Shown here piece after piece: positions 52,626 to 63,992 of a stretch of 63,992 bases of DNA. Source of the DNA: Rhynchobatus australiae (taxonomy: Eukaryota). Positions within the stretch are counted from its first letter, which is position 1; every line of letters begins with the position of its first letter. Where the stretch lies: positions 9,886,278-9,950,269 of the forward strand of contig JAUZTB010000063.1 of assembly GCA_034780895.1 (NCBI GenBank). The letters are read 5' to 3'. The notes below the pieces were generated by a model that saw nothing but the letters and a program-made list of their open reading frames with translations, was not told where the DNA came from and searched no databases. The position numbers and the translations under genes were made by a program.

Positions 52626-55600
52626 AAAGAAATATGGTTAATTTCTCAGTACCCTCAAGTTTGCTATCAAACCATTAGAAGGAACTGCAAGAAAGTAGCC
52701 CATGATCATTATACCAAGGGCAACTGATAATGTAGTCTGACAGAACATTTAAGTCCACTTTTATGGTCTGAATGCATGAGAGGAATTCAAGATTAATGAG
52801 AGTGAATATTTGTTAGCTTGTTAATAGGACTAGAGGTGAGGAAAAAGCTAAAGTTGGGCTTTTATCCTTTGAAATAGAGCTGGAATGTCACTTCCCAGGG
52901 TATGAAATGGAAGACCATTGGTTCTGTATGATGAAGTTCTTGGTATACAGTTTGAGCAACAAATATTTTTATTTTCCCAAATGGATTGAATTTGGAGGAA
53001 ATGTTTCCAAAGTATTATCCAGTACTATTATGTTTTCTAGGGAATAGTGTTGAGAGATTTAGTATTTTTCCCATTTCCCACTGATCCTGTCTAACCACCT
53101 ACTGTAGTTAGCAATTGCCGAAACTTTGTAATTCAAAAAATTTCATTTCATTACAAAAAACTGAAGATAATATGATGGGATTTTTCTTGCTACAGGATGC
53201 ACATGTTAGAAATTTCCGTATCCCTTGCAAAGTAAAGTTTTGATTTTTGGAGCTTCCTGTTCAGCCAATTTCATTTTGATGTGATAGTTGATTCTGATGC
53301 CATTTCTGGGAAATGGTACAAGTCCACACATGAACATCTCTAAAATGACCAGTGCAAGGTGTGGCACTATATTAGTTAAAGAACTGTTTAATAACTGTAA
53401 TGCAGCAAAATAACTTGCTCTTTTCTGAATGTGCACTTTCTGGCTGTTAGAGTTCTTTGGGTGCTTAAGACTTTCCAAGGTCTATCTAATCTTATCTATG
53501 TAAATCTTGTTGAGGTCAAAAGGTATTTGACTTTGGCATGTCTCCTAATCTGCTTTCATGTAGCATATGGAAGCAAAAAAAAATTGCTCTTTCACTCTTT
53601 AGAAAGTTATTAATAGAAATATTTTCTCCTGTCCTCATTGTGATTTTTCCCTGATTTTTGTAATCCACTTATAACTGATCATACTTCGACTCCAAATAAA
53701 ACTGGCCTTTCTAGTCTTCCATTAGTGACAGTAGCAACAGCACAGAGGCACTTATGCACCCATTCATTGGGTTGAGGAGAGGTGAGTGGTTGGAGTGCCC
53801 ATGTCATCCATTTGCTGGGAGTGCGGTTTTGTCTCCCGAAGTAGCGGGGAAAGTTTTATCCCTCACTTGCTACAACTTCAGCATTGCACATAATTATCTG
53901 TATGTGTGTGTTTGCATAAATGTTGGTTCATTTCTGTAGCTGCCATTGCAAAACTAATTTTCCAAATAAAGTTATCATGCATTTCTTTGATGGTGGTGTT
54001 CCTGATAAAACGATACCATCAAAGAGATGCATTCCAACTTCATTTTGCCATTGACAATTGAGAGTTGTGAATCTCTAAATGGATGCTATGCTATATGTCA
54101 GTGAGTGCAAAGAATTCACAAATCAATAGAAACAAAGGAGAAGATTTGTCTTGATGCTGAACCCTTCTTGCTCTGGTGGGTGGTGAGGGAACACTAGAAA
54201 TGATCTGTCCTCCCATTGTGGGAATTATTCCTGTTACTTGTCTTTAGTCAACAGTTTGAATTGGAAATTGCTGCTAATTTGAATTTCAGTAGGTGGTGTT
54301 GAAAGTTGGAATTAACATTTACAAAGAGAGATTGTACACTAAGAATGAAAAGAAAGCATTTCAAATTAGTTTACATCATGATTTCACTATTTTTTGTTTC
54401 CATATCCATTTAACATTTCCCCCCCATTGCCAGGATTAAATAATTAGCAGTTAAGTGTTGCTGCCAAACACTCTTGTACCATTTCTCATTTCCAGAATTA
54501 ATGGTTGTTTCTTTTTTTGTTCATCTCCACCCCTCAATAGATGAGGTTCCCAGAATCAAATCCAGCAAGTTGATGATGGTGCTGTGATGTTTGTATTTGC
54601 AACACTAAATACAATATGTAAACAGCCATAATTGCAGAATTTTCAAGTACCCCACAGAGGACTGGAATTATTAGTATGTTAGTGACTTTGTTACTTCTGA
54701 CTTATTATAATAAAATATGCTTTAGTTGAGGTTGCACTGAGTCGGCAAGTCCTAACAAGATGGTATTCATAACTGAACTCTTTAACAGCAGCAAGCAATC
54801 TGTGAAATGACACTAAACTGATCACAAGCTGCAAAGTTAGGTAATAGAGAATGTGATAAATAGACAGGAACTTTAAAAAAAAGTAGAATATCATGAGTAA
54901 ATAGAGAAAAGGGAAATAGGGTCATGTAGAATATAAGATTTGCATGCAAATATTCCTCTAATCGATGTCACTCCCAAGGACAAGATGACCTTTATGCTAC
55001 TCATCCAAAAATGGGTGTCCAAGATTTGACAATGTGTGTCTTTAGTATTATCAATTTACATGCCAAGAATTTTTGGATCTTGTACACAAATTCTAACTGT
55101 CCTGTTATGCATTATTGGTAAAACTCTGAAATTGCAAAATAACATCCTGATGCGTATACAGATTTAAAATTGAGAGTTTGCTTTGAAGCAACAATGATTC
55201 ATTTTTCGGATTTCCATCGACTATCCAAGATGAAAGATTGCATTCACTAAATATCAAGTGGAATTGGCAGATTTTGCATGTCCTTCTGCCTTGCAAGCTT
55301 GATGTTAATTTTAAGGCATATTTGGTTTGCATTCTATTTCTTGATTATTTAATCAGATTGAATCTTCAATTGACCGATGTTTTAAGATGGGGGCAAAAAA
55401 GGAGCTACCCACATTCACATTGTGAATGTACCACTTAGTGAATGTAGAAGCAAAGCCACCAGAGAGGAAGAAGTCTCTTCCAAAAAAACATTTCACTTGA
55501 GCAGCCTGTAAAGAGTTGAGAAGTGTTCTTTTTTTTTCAATATAACACTTTAGGATATGTGTCCTCAATTTTCAAATCTATTTTTCTGTAATGAATAGTA

Positions 55601-58600
55601 TCAAAACACTCATAAATCAAAGGCTAGTTAAAGTGCATTATGAAATTTTACTTAAAACATTTGCCAGAAATACGGCCCTTTCATAAATCAAGAGAGTTTG
55701 GTGTATGACACTAGCCCCTGGTTTAAATTTTCATTACATATGCCAATTTGTACTTCTGTCCAAAAAGTCATTGCTCATTCCAAGAATTGCATCGGTGCTT
55801 GTTCCAGGGTGCATTCTGAGCCATCAACACCTGTGACCATATCCCAGCTTCATCTTTAAAATGAACTTGTTTCAGCAACAAAATCATATATCCATACAAA
55901 ACTGGAGCTTCAAGTTGTGTAGCTAGCTGTGGTGATATATAAACAACATGGGCAAAACACAAGAATACCATTGTGTAAGGAATATTTTGTAGAAAAGGGA
56001 TTATTTGCGGCAACAACACAGATGTTTAGTAGTGTCGCTGCTGCAGATTATTTTGCTTTAGATATTGTTGAAATTTTTGGACTTAAGTTTATCTCGGCAG
56101 TATGCAGCCCACTTGGTGATATCATTGAGCAGCTTGCCAGTTGATGTGTGGGCAAATCTGGCAGTTCATCTGCAGGTGGATCCTATTAATTGGACACTTT
56201 TTTTGGCAGCATAAATGGAACTACGTTCTGATACTGAGAACTAAAAAAAATCATAAATTAACTTGTTGCAACATTTAAAGGAGGGCTTGTTTATCCTGAC
56301 TCTAGTAGACAAATAGAGCTTCTCTCAATGCCTAAGGGTCTTCAAAAGGAGTAGGAATGGTTAGTTCCTGGCATCTTTCATTTCACAGAAGCCTTGGCCT
56401 CAACCAAAAGAGTATGTGGGATGTTGACACCACTAAGGATTCCGTTGTTAACTTCTTGGAGGGGAGAGAGAGAGGAAGGTTGTAGAGAGGCCAAAATCTG
56501 CCTGATTTCACTGACCCAAGGGAATTAGTCTTCAATGAATGTGCTTGAAGTTAAAGGCTTGAATGTGCCTCATGATATGAGCCTCAATCACAGGCTGTCA
56601 AGTATACCTCTGACATGAGGACAATATGGGTTAACCAGGTGAAGTAGTATAGCTTTTCTCATTGCACTTAGTTCTGAATAATATATATAATTTGTACTGG
56701 AAATATTCAGTGATATAATTTTGCATGTTTTGACACAGATCCTCCACCCTGAATGAACAATTTCCTCTCCCTCAAATTATGGCTTGAGTTATGTATTTCC
56801 TTCAGTTTGTTTACCTTCATCAGAGTTCTCAACTTGTCCTGCAATACAGATATTTAGAATGGATAAGAGTCTGGATAAGCAATGCAAGCGGCTTTTGCCT
56901 TCCTTCAGCAACATAACTGCTGTGACAACCCTTGAGAATCATTTGAATATGGATGTCAGAAATGCTACATGTATCTCGTGTGGCCTTTGTTGTATTTTTA
57001 GGATAACAGTCGAGCAGCTGGTTGGGGAGAGGAACATTACTAAGCTCTCTTCTCAAATGTCTATATGCCAAAATGATAGGAAGTGATTGATATTACAGTC
57101 TAATTTGACACCAGTCAGCTGTTCTTTGTTGGATACCCTGTTGCCATCTGCAATCAGTTTCCTCTATCTCTTTAAAAAAATTGCTACATCTATGGCTTGT
57201 GGCACTTTCTACTGAGGGAATGCATTCAGTAATAATCACAGATTATGCTGACCTAAAAAAAGGTGCTGATCAATTTCTTATGCTACCTTTTAATTTCTAC
57301 TTTCACTTCCAAACCTAGCCTGTCATGGATTTTGCCCCTCAACTGGTTGTGCTTTAGAGATGGGAATAAGTGGCAGAACAGTACAGAAGTTGGTAATTTG
57401 GGTTTGTTTACCCATCTTGTTACCTTAATTTTAAATATAAGAACAAAAGCAAATCATCTGTCTTTGGAAGTTGAATGTTGGCCATGGCTGAATTTATTTA
57501 TGCAGGCATCACGGGTACATACCTGGCGATGCTGTTTTGTCACTCTACAGAATGTTGGAGCAAGCTTAGCTTCTGAACTTCTTAAAGGATATATTTTCCT
57601 CTGACTATTGTTCAAAAATTCAGCTTGAAAATAATTGTGGTCTGGCATTCTATGAGTATTATGTGGCATACAAATTAGTGGAATCTGTTACTTCTAGGAA
57701 GCTTGTTCTTGATTATACATACAGGTCAACTTTTAATTTGGATTCCAGGAACTACTTCCGGATAGCTAATGCATTTAGATCTGTTTTTTGTAGCTTGGTG
57801 GGAGACTAGACATAGAATTCTGTCACTGGACTCTAGAAAGCTGATTTACCATCATTAACTGCAGGAGCTTGCTAATTCTTCCTGCCTTCCCAGAAGCTGA
57901 AGTGAAAGCATTCTTAACTCCAGAAAGCCTAGGCCATCCCATGAAATCCAATCACTGCTAAGTGAATTTCATTTGTATTTGCTTTTCTATTGCTTTGTCT
58001 CCAAAATGGTATTGTATAATTAGTTTAAAGATTCAAATAAAATCTGGGGTTGCTAGTGCCACTGACTTTGAAAATATTTTTGACATTGTTTCTGACTGCT
58101 CAATATCCACACTGGAAAAACCAGTGCCACTATCATCACACAGAACCAATTAGAAAAGTCTACACCACTGGCCTAACCAGTTTATCCAAGTAAAAAGGAA
58201 ACAGTTAACTTTGGACAAAGTTGGTTACCAGGTTGCTAATAAACAAGGTAACAAAACAAAAGTAAAGAATTTCCTTTTTCAAAGCTCAACTCTTATGTGT
58301 CAAGAAGAGGCAGGAGCAGAGTGGAGAAGGGCCTGTATTGTTCTTGACGGTTGTTAGTCGAGCAAGAGTTTATTGGCATTGCAGCAAAAATTCAGGTTGG
58401 ACACAGCTGATAATCTTGTGTCCAAACAGCTGTTCTTCTGACTAGTTCAGTGTTAAATGAGGTATGCATTTTAAGAAAAATGATTCTCAGCATTTGCTTA
58501 CCCACATAATGTTTAGCAGATTTAAACAAAAGTACTATAACAGCTTTTTATTTGGTTTACAAGTTAACCTGCCATTTAAAACACTAATAGAGCATAATTA

Positions 58601-59130
58601 ATACACCTCTTAGACTATTAATTTTTGGATTAATCTTTTAATTATTAATGTTTTCATTAAACTTTAAATATTAAAGTTGAAGTCATCTGCAGGAAATGAA
58701 TTGTGCTACACATTATTTAATCAAGCCATTCAAGGTCAGTTACAGGATACTCTTTGAATAATGAGAAGTTAAGCATGTTACTGCCACAGAGCAAACAAAT
58801 TACATCAAGTCTATGCTAAATGTGACCTGGGGCAAATTGTTGCTGGGTTAGGAAATTTTATTTGATTTGGAAGTAAATTCTTAAAAAAAATTCCTCCCCC
58901 TTTGCCTTCACCTCACTTGAAGACTGTTATTGTCTTTGCCCAAGGTAATAGAACTTGCAAAATTGGGCTAAACTAATAACTATTCATTGCTTTAGTCTGG
59001 TTTTAGAACATTGAAATTATTTGTATATATGGTTTGTGAGCAGATGTTTTGATTGGCTGAGCTGTTGGCAGCCAAGTTTCCTTGTGTTTCCACAGAAAGT
59101 AACGTTCATAAACACTGCTTCTAATTACAG

Positions 59131-59238
59131 GAGCCAAGCAACAAACGGGTCCGACCTCTATCGCGAGTGACATCTCTAGCAAATTTAATATCTCCCTCAA
59201 AAAATGGAGCAGTCAGACGCTTTGGACAAACATTGCAG
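59131..59238 (+). CDS. NET1: NET1 first shared exon: EPSNKRVRPLSRVTSLANLISPSKNGAVRRFGQTLQ
   Basis: Acceptor ttctaattacag|GAG and donor CAG|gtaata. 108 nt. Near-identical to human EPSNKRVRPLARVTSLANLISPVRNGAVRRFGQTIQ. Confidence 0.96.
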
Positions 59239-60369
59239 GTAATATTTCTTTTTTAGCCCACTTTAATTCTTGTGCCTAACAGTCCTTGCATGTCAGAATT
59301 CTGTGCAGGATGGTAAAATGTTTGATTAGCCCAATTAGTCCTCCATCTACTTCAGATGCTAACCACAGATGACATCTGTCTGTTAGATTGCCCAGGCAAC
59401 TTTCATGCGAGTCTTTCCAAGAAATTATCTGCAACCTGCTAAATAGAGATCACAAATGATTTTGGTCCTGCCCTGCTTAAGATGACCTTATTACCATCTA
59501 ATGGGTGACTAAATCAAGAGGATCCTTTGCTATGGATCTTCTATATATCAACTGAAATGCTGCAAGTTTGTGACAAGTGTTACTGTGACCTCCCTTTGCT
59601 GCTTGTTTGGGATGAATGAAAAGGTATGAGACAAGCTGTTGTGGAAAGTCTTCATAGTAAGAACTTGGCATAGTGAGTCCAGAGATTAATAATTGTTAGT
59701 TGCCTTGTTCTGTTTGACTCCCTGTATTTGAAATACATTAGTGGTGGTGAACATGACTGAAATTTACTTCATTGGCTTTCAGTTTGTTTACTCTAGAATG
59801 AAATCAAACATTTTGTGCCTTTTACATCTATCTGTGCATCACAAGCTTGATCGTAGTTTCTGCCGAAACTGAATCATAGGTCACTGGATTCCAAGTCTAG
59901 TGAGAGTTATTTTGTTACTATGAATAGAACTGAAATTTCTAACTTGCTGCAACTCCTAGTTGATCTCCAATCCGATGCAACTTTGTATGGAAGAAGGCTG
60001 TATCAGTATTTGTTTCATTATAATTGAGGCGCATTGGCATTTGTAAGTCCTTTATTACATGGTTAATTTAGGGAAGATCTTGACTTAAAGGAAAGGAATT
60101 CTCAGGCATTATTGTGCTTAGTTTTGATGCAAAAATTTCATGAACTCATCCACCCAGATATCAGTAGCAGCTTTGAGGGCCTTCAACTTTTGGGGGTGTT
60201 GTTGGCACTGAGAAGGCACAGACAGACAATTTCTAAATTGATCATTCCACAAAGGCAGTTTTGAGTTCAGTACAGTACACGAGTCGTCGTCAAAACATGA
60301 CAAACTTTAGTTGCTTCATTCTTGTATGTATTTTCAGAATGCTAACTGATCCAATTTCTCCATCTGCAG

Positions 60370-60540
60370 AGATCCATCACTTTCCGTAGCGACAACAAAT
60401 CTCCAGGTTGCGCTCAAAAGGTGTGCAGCAAAGTTTCAGCACCAACCCCACCTAAAAGGCGTAACAGCAAATTGTGGTCGGAGACTCTTGACATGAACAC
60501 AAAGCAGAACTTCTCTTCGAAGGAAATTAAACGACAAGAG
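60370..60540 (+). CDS. NET1: NET1 exon: RSITFRSDNKSPGCAQKVCSKVSAPTPPKRRNSKLWSETLDMNTKQNFSSKEIKRQE
   Basis: Acceptor tttctccatctgcag|AGA and donor GAG|gtatga. 171 nt and open. Runs into the start of the DH domain (EIKRQE). Confidence 0.94.
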
Positions 60541-61221
60541 GTATGAAGTACATGTCATAAAACAATCACTTTTACCCCTGTAAGAAAATGAAAATGTGGA
60601 CACTTCAAAATAGCTTAGTGCTTAATTAGAGGAAGATAACTTGAATTGATAATTTAAGGGTTTCTTTGAAAGAATGTTGAAACTTCTCTACATGCAAGCT
60701 CTCAGGATAATGGAATTATTCAGGGAATATTCAACCATTTTTGGGTCAGCCTCTTGTTTAATTTGNNNNNNNNNNNNNNNNNNNNNNNNNNNNNNNNNNN
60801 NNNNNNNNNNNNNNNNNNNNNNNNNNNNNNNNNNNNNNNNNNNNNNNNNNNNNNNNNNNNNNNNNGCCTCTTGTTTAATTTGACCTTCTGCTGCTGTCAT
60901 TTGATCCAAGTTATACAGATATGTTTGCTTTTCTCAGGACAGTTAACTTTATTTGGACATAACACCAAATTGAAATGTTTGTGTGTTAATTCTGCACTTG
61001 TATGCATAGTGTGCTTGTTAATTGTGACTAGCTGCTTCAGTTGTGTGGATGACATTGTATACTTTTACCCTTTTTTCAATTCAACTATAATTGGTTCAGC
61101 TTTGGCCAAATTTAAAACACTCAAATGGAATTAGTTGAAGACAGCTATGAAAACATGCTATTCTTTTCACAGTTGTTCCATGTCAAGTGTATGTCATTTA
61201 TGTTTTATTTTTGTTCCTCAG

Positions 61222-61284
61222 GCTATATTTGAGCTTTTTCGAGGGGAACAAGATTTAATTGAAGACCTAAAATTAGCAAGGAAG
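61222..61284 (+). CDS. NET1: NET1 DH-domain exon: AIFELFRGEQDLIEDLKLARK
   Basis: Acceptor ttgttcctcag|GCT and donor AAG|gtcagt. 63 nt. Confidence 0.96.
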
Positions 61285-61481
61285 GTCAGTATAAAGCTGA
61301 AAGCATAAAATCCTTAAATGCAAATCAACTGAAGTAATTTGAGAAAAGCCTTCAATTGTGTATATAAAATTACTCGAGATTTTCGTATGTAAATAAAAAT
61401 TCCTAATCATTTAGCTTGTTGACTCAGATGATTATAATATAAAAAAAGATCCATTGTGTGGAATTTAGCAATGTACTACAA

Positions 61482-61875
61482 TACAAGAGGGCATGGTTTT
61501 AAAGTAATGGGTGGGAAGTTAAAGGGAGACATCAGAGGAAGGTTTTTTAACCAGAGCATGATCAGGGCATGGAATGCACTGTCTGGGGTGGTGGTGGAGG
61601 CNNNNNNNNNNNNNNNNNNNNNNNNNNNNNNNNNNNNNNNNNNNNNNNNNNNNNNNNNNNNNNNNNNNNNNNNNNNNNNNNNNNNNNNNNNNNNNNNNNN
61701 NGGGGTGGTGGTGGAGGCAGGTTCATTGGTCAAATTCAAGAGATTACTAGTTAAGCATATGGAGGAATTAGAGGGAAATGTGGGAGGAAGTGGTTAGATG
61801 GTCTTCGGCAAGGTTTAAAGGTCGGCACAACATTGTGGGCCAAAGGGCCTGTATTGTGCTGTACTGTTCTATGTA
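61482..61875 (+). mobile_element. CR1 3' fragment in NET1 intron
   Basis: TRGHGFKVMGGKLKGDIRGRFFNQSMIRAWNAL and tail gggccaaagggcctgtattgtgctgtactgttctatgt. Confidence 0.85.
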
Positions 61876-62045
61876 ATTTACATTATAGCAAAATCTGGAT
61901 GCTTCAGTAATTTTTTATTAAAAACATTAATTTTATTTCTTGTATTGCATTCATTGTTGCAAAATAAGATTCTGATTAGCAGATACTTTTGCTGTTAAAC
62001 TTGAGAATTGTTTTAATAATCAACACACTTGTCTGTTTTGCATAG

Positions 62046-62142
62046 GCTTATCATGACCCTATGTTGAAGTTATCCATCATGACAGAAGAAGAATTAACCC
62101 AGATATTTGGAGCTCTTGATTCTTATATCCCTCTGCATGAAG
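62046..62142 (+). CDS. NET1: NET1 DH-domain exon: AYHDPMLKLSIMTEEELTQIFGALDSYIPLHE(E)
   Basis: Acceptor gttttgcatag|GCT and donor GAAG|gtgaat. 97 nt, ends in phase 1. Confidence 0.96.
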
Positions 62143-62533
62143 GTGAATATGTTTTGATGACCTTTATCAATAGGGGAATAATGGTAGTCTTAATAGTGTC
62201 ATTTGTCAATTCCAAATGCAAGGTAATTCAAGTCAAATTAACACTTCATTTATGGGCAGCACAAGGCTCTGATAAAGGGAATTACCCATAAGAACGAAAT
62301 CTCTCAACTGTTATTACTATTGTACTTCCAAGTAGCAGAAGTAGTACACCGTCTAAATTATTCAGAAGGTTTTGTGATGAATTAACTTCCAATTTAATTG
62401 GTCCTAAGCTAATCTTGCATTGTGTAACACTTGAGTTTTTCTAAAGTCATCTTTGAAATTAGAATTTATTTTTGTGGTGTTGATTATGATGCATGCTGCT
62501 GACAACTAAATTAATGTGCTTGTTTTCATCCAG

Positions 62534-62610
62534 AACTGCTAACCAACCTTGCTAAAGTTACAAAACAAGATGGGACAGTAGAAGAAATTGGTCACATACT
62601 TGTGAATTGG
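62534..62610 (+). CDS. NET1: NET1 DH-domain exon: (E)LLTNLAKVTKQDGTVEEIGHILVNW
   Basis: Acceptor ttttcatccag|AA and donor TGG|gtaagt. 77 nt, restores phase 0. Confidence 0.96.
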
Positions 62611-62887
62611 GTAAGTTGTTTTAAAATCATTCCATGAGAGATAATACTAGTTTTTCAGGATAAATTATAGCTCTTAACTTTATTGAATAGCTCCCATCAT
62701 CAAAGGATTTAGTTAGTTCTGTTTTGTTAGTATGATGTAACATAGTAATTGATATAAAATGGAAAATTTGGTGTCACCAGTGGATAAATGGGGAAGGCCT
62801 TTCTCGTGTTCAAGTGTAATGTAAATCAATTTCAGGATCCACCACAGAACTCTTCTTTATGCTCAAGCATGTGTTCTTTATGTCCAG

Positions 62888-63145
62888 TTGCCACGGCTTG
62901 ATGAATACAAGGAATACTGCAGTAACCAACTGGCAGCAAAAGCACTCCTGGACCAAAAGAAGCAGGACAAGAGAGTGCAGGATTTCCTTCAGCGCTGCCT
63001 GGAGTCACCCTTCAGCAGGAAGTTGGACCTTTGGAGCTTCCTGGATATCCCTCGCAGTCGTTTGGTTAAATACCCACTGCTGTTGAAGGAGATTTTACGG
63101 CACACACCTGGTGGCCACTCAGATCAGAAGAGTCTGGAGGATGCA
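62888..63145 (+). CDS. NET1: NET1 DH-domain exon: LPRLDEYKEYCSNQLAAKALLDQKKQD...SFLDIPRSRLVKYPLLLKEILRHTPGGHSDQKSLEDA
   Basis: Acceptor tttatgtccag|TTG and donor GCA|gtaagt. 258 nt. Contains the DH conserved region 3 motif IPRSRLVKYPLLL. QLAAKALLDQKK and LWSFLD match NET1 rather than ARHGEF3. Confidence 0.97.
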
Positions 63146-63670
63146 GTAAGTACCTGTTTATACAGGATATAGCAGCATAGTTAATGTGAGCGTTAACTTT
63201 TTCCTCAAGCCCAACCCATGCATCATATTCTGTATGACTTGTAGAATAAGGAAATTATCTAGTCTATTGCTCCTACGTTTGTCCTGACACTCATCTGGAT
63301 CAATCTATTGTCAAAAAGGAACATTTGATGTGTAGGAAGCAAATTCAAATATGGATTTACTCATGCTTAAAGAACATGTTGGCCTCTAGATTCAATCGTC
63401 ATGTGAGGTGAGGATTCACCTCACCCTTGTGAAATATTACTGTCTCCTCTTCTGCTAATATCTGGACATCTTTCCCATTATTTCTAATTTCCTGATATGA
63501 AAGTGATAGGCATATTAATAGTAGGGATTAAAGTAAATTAGGTGAATGTTTTGATTCCAATTTATATTTTAATTGTTGCAATTTTGTTTAGATTGTGCTT
63601 AAGTCTTTAAAGTTTTTAATATTTGTGTACGGTTTATTGCACTTGCTGATGGTTAGATTTTGCTTTCTAG

Positions 63671-63841
63671 ATTGCCATCATTCAAGCAGTCCTATCAGAC
63701 ATTAATGTGAAAAAAGGAGAGTCTGATTGTCAGTACTACATTGACAAGCTGGACTACCTGGATGAAAGACAGAAGGATCCACGAATTGAAGGCAGCAAAG
63801 CCCTTCTTTGTCATGGGGAGTTGCGAAACAACCGGGGAACA
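63671..63841 (+). CDS. NET1: NET1 DH-PH junction exon: IAIIQAVLSDINVKKGESDCQYYIDKLDYLDERQKDPRIEGSKALLCHGELRNNRGT
   Basis: Acceptor ttttgctttctag|ATT and donor ACA|gtaagt. 171 nt. Matches human VLSDINLKKGESECQYYIDKLEYLDEKQRDPRIE. Confidence 0.97.
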
Positions 63842-63992
63842 GTAAGTTTAGTTATCTCTAATCACTACTTAATCAATTTTGGTATATTTAAGCCCTACCA
63901 CAGCCAAAACAAAATACTGGTAATATTGCCCACAGGTTATTGCATTTTGTTGATACTGGTATGTGATTTATTAAATGACCTACATGTTTTTG

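Noticed and set aside
5082-61718. Short exact direct repeats on both sides of 100-N gaps (5093, 11795, 30581, 42927, 60766, 61602)
   Set aside because: These are contig-overlap artefacts of scaffolding (fixed 100-N spacer with duplicated ends), not biological repeats or TSDs.
63403-63424. Perfect 9-bp hairpin gtgaggtga-ggat-tcacctcac
   Set aside because: Too short to distinguish from chance in 64 kb.
59131-63841. Assignment to ARHGEF3
   Set aside because: The RRGSSFTFLTPGP exon, the MVAYDE..LLP.KRTI first exon, NGAVRRFGQT and CQYYIDKL.YLDE are NET1-type.
1-63992. CRISPR arrays, operons or other prokaryotic or viral systems
   Set aside because: No regularly spaced repeat-spacer array and no long intact non-TE ORFs. 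The sequence is a vertebrate intron-rich locus.

Overview
Eukaryotic genomic DNA from a gapped draft assembly. The repeat landscape (HE1-type V-SINEs, Deu-domain SINEs, abundant CR1, Rex1/Babar, RTE, Tx1, Penelope-like elements) points to a cartilaginous fish. The window holds most of one + strand gene, NET1 (ARHGEF8, RhoA GEF). Two exons specific to the long isoform lie at 4174-4237 and 15781-15843. An internal alternative first exon for the short NET1A isoform lies at 48764-48862. Seven shared exons run from 59131 to 63841 and cover the N-terminal regulatory region, the DH domain and the start of the PH domain. Exon 1 and the 3' exons lie outside the window. All ten exons were read by hand with GT donors, AG acceptors on the nine internal exons and compatible phases. 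Almost everything else is intron filled with decayed retroelements, and most ORF-track entries are spurious, N-run artefacts or TE fragments. I see no clearly new multi-gene system. The best leads are Penelope-like inverted repeats carrying minimal hammerhead-ribozyme motifs, a 72-nt intronic pre-miRNA-like hairpin, a NAGNAG acceptor at the NLS exon, and a gap bracketed by splice-like signals. Comparisons with human proteins and repeat consensus sequences are from memory, not database searches, and TE boundaries are approximate.
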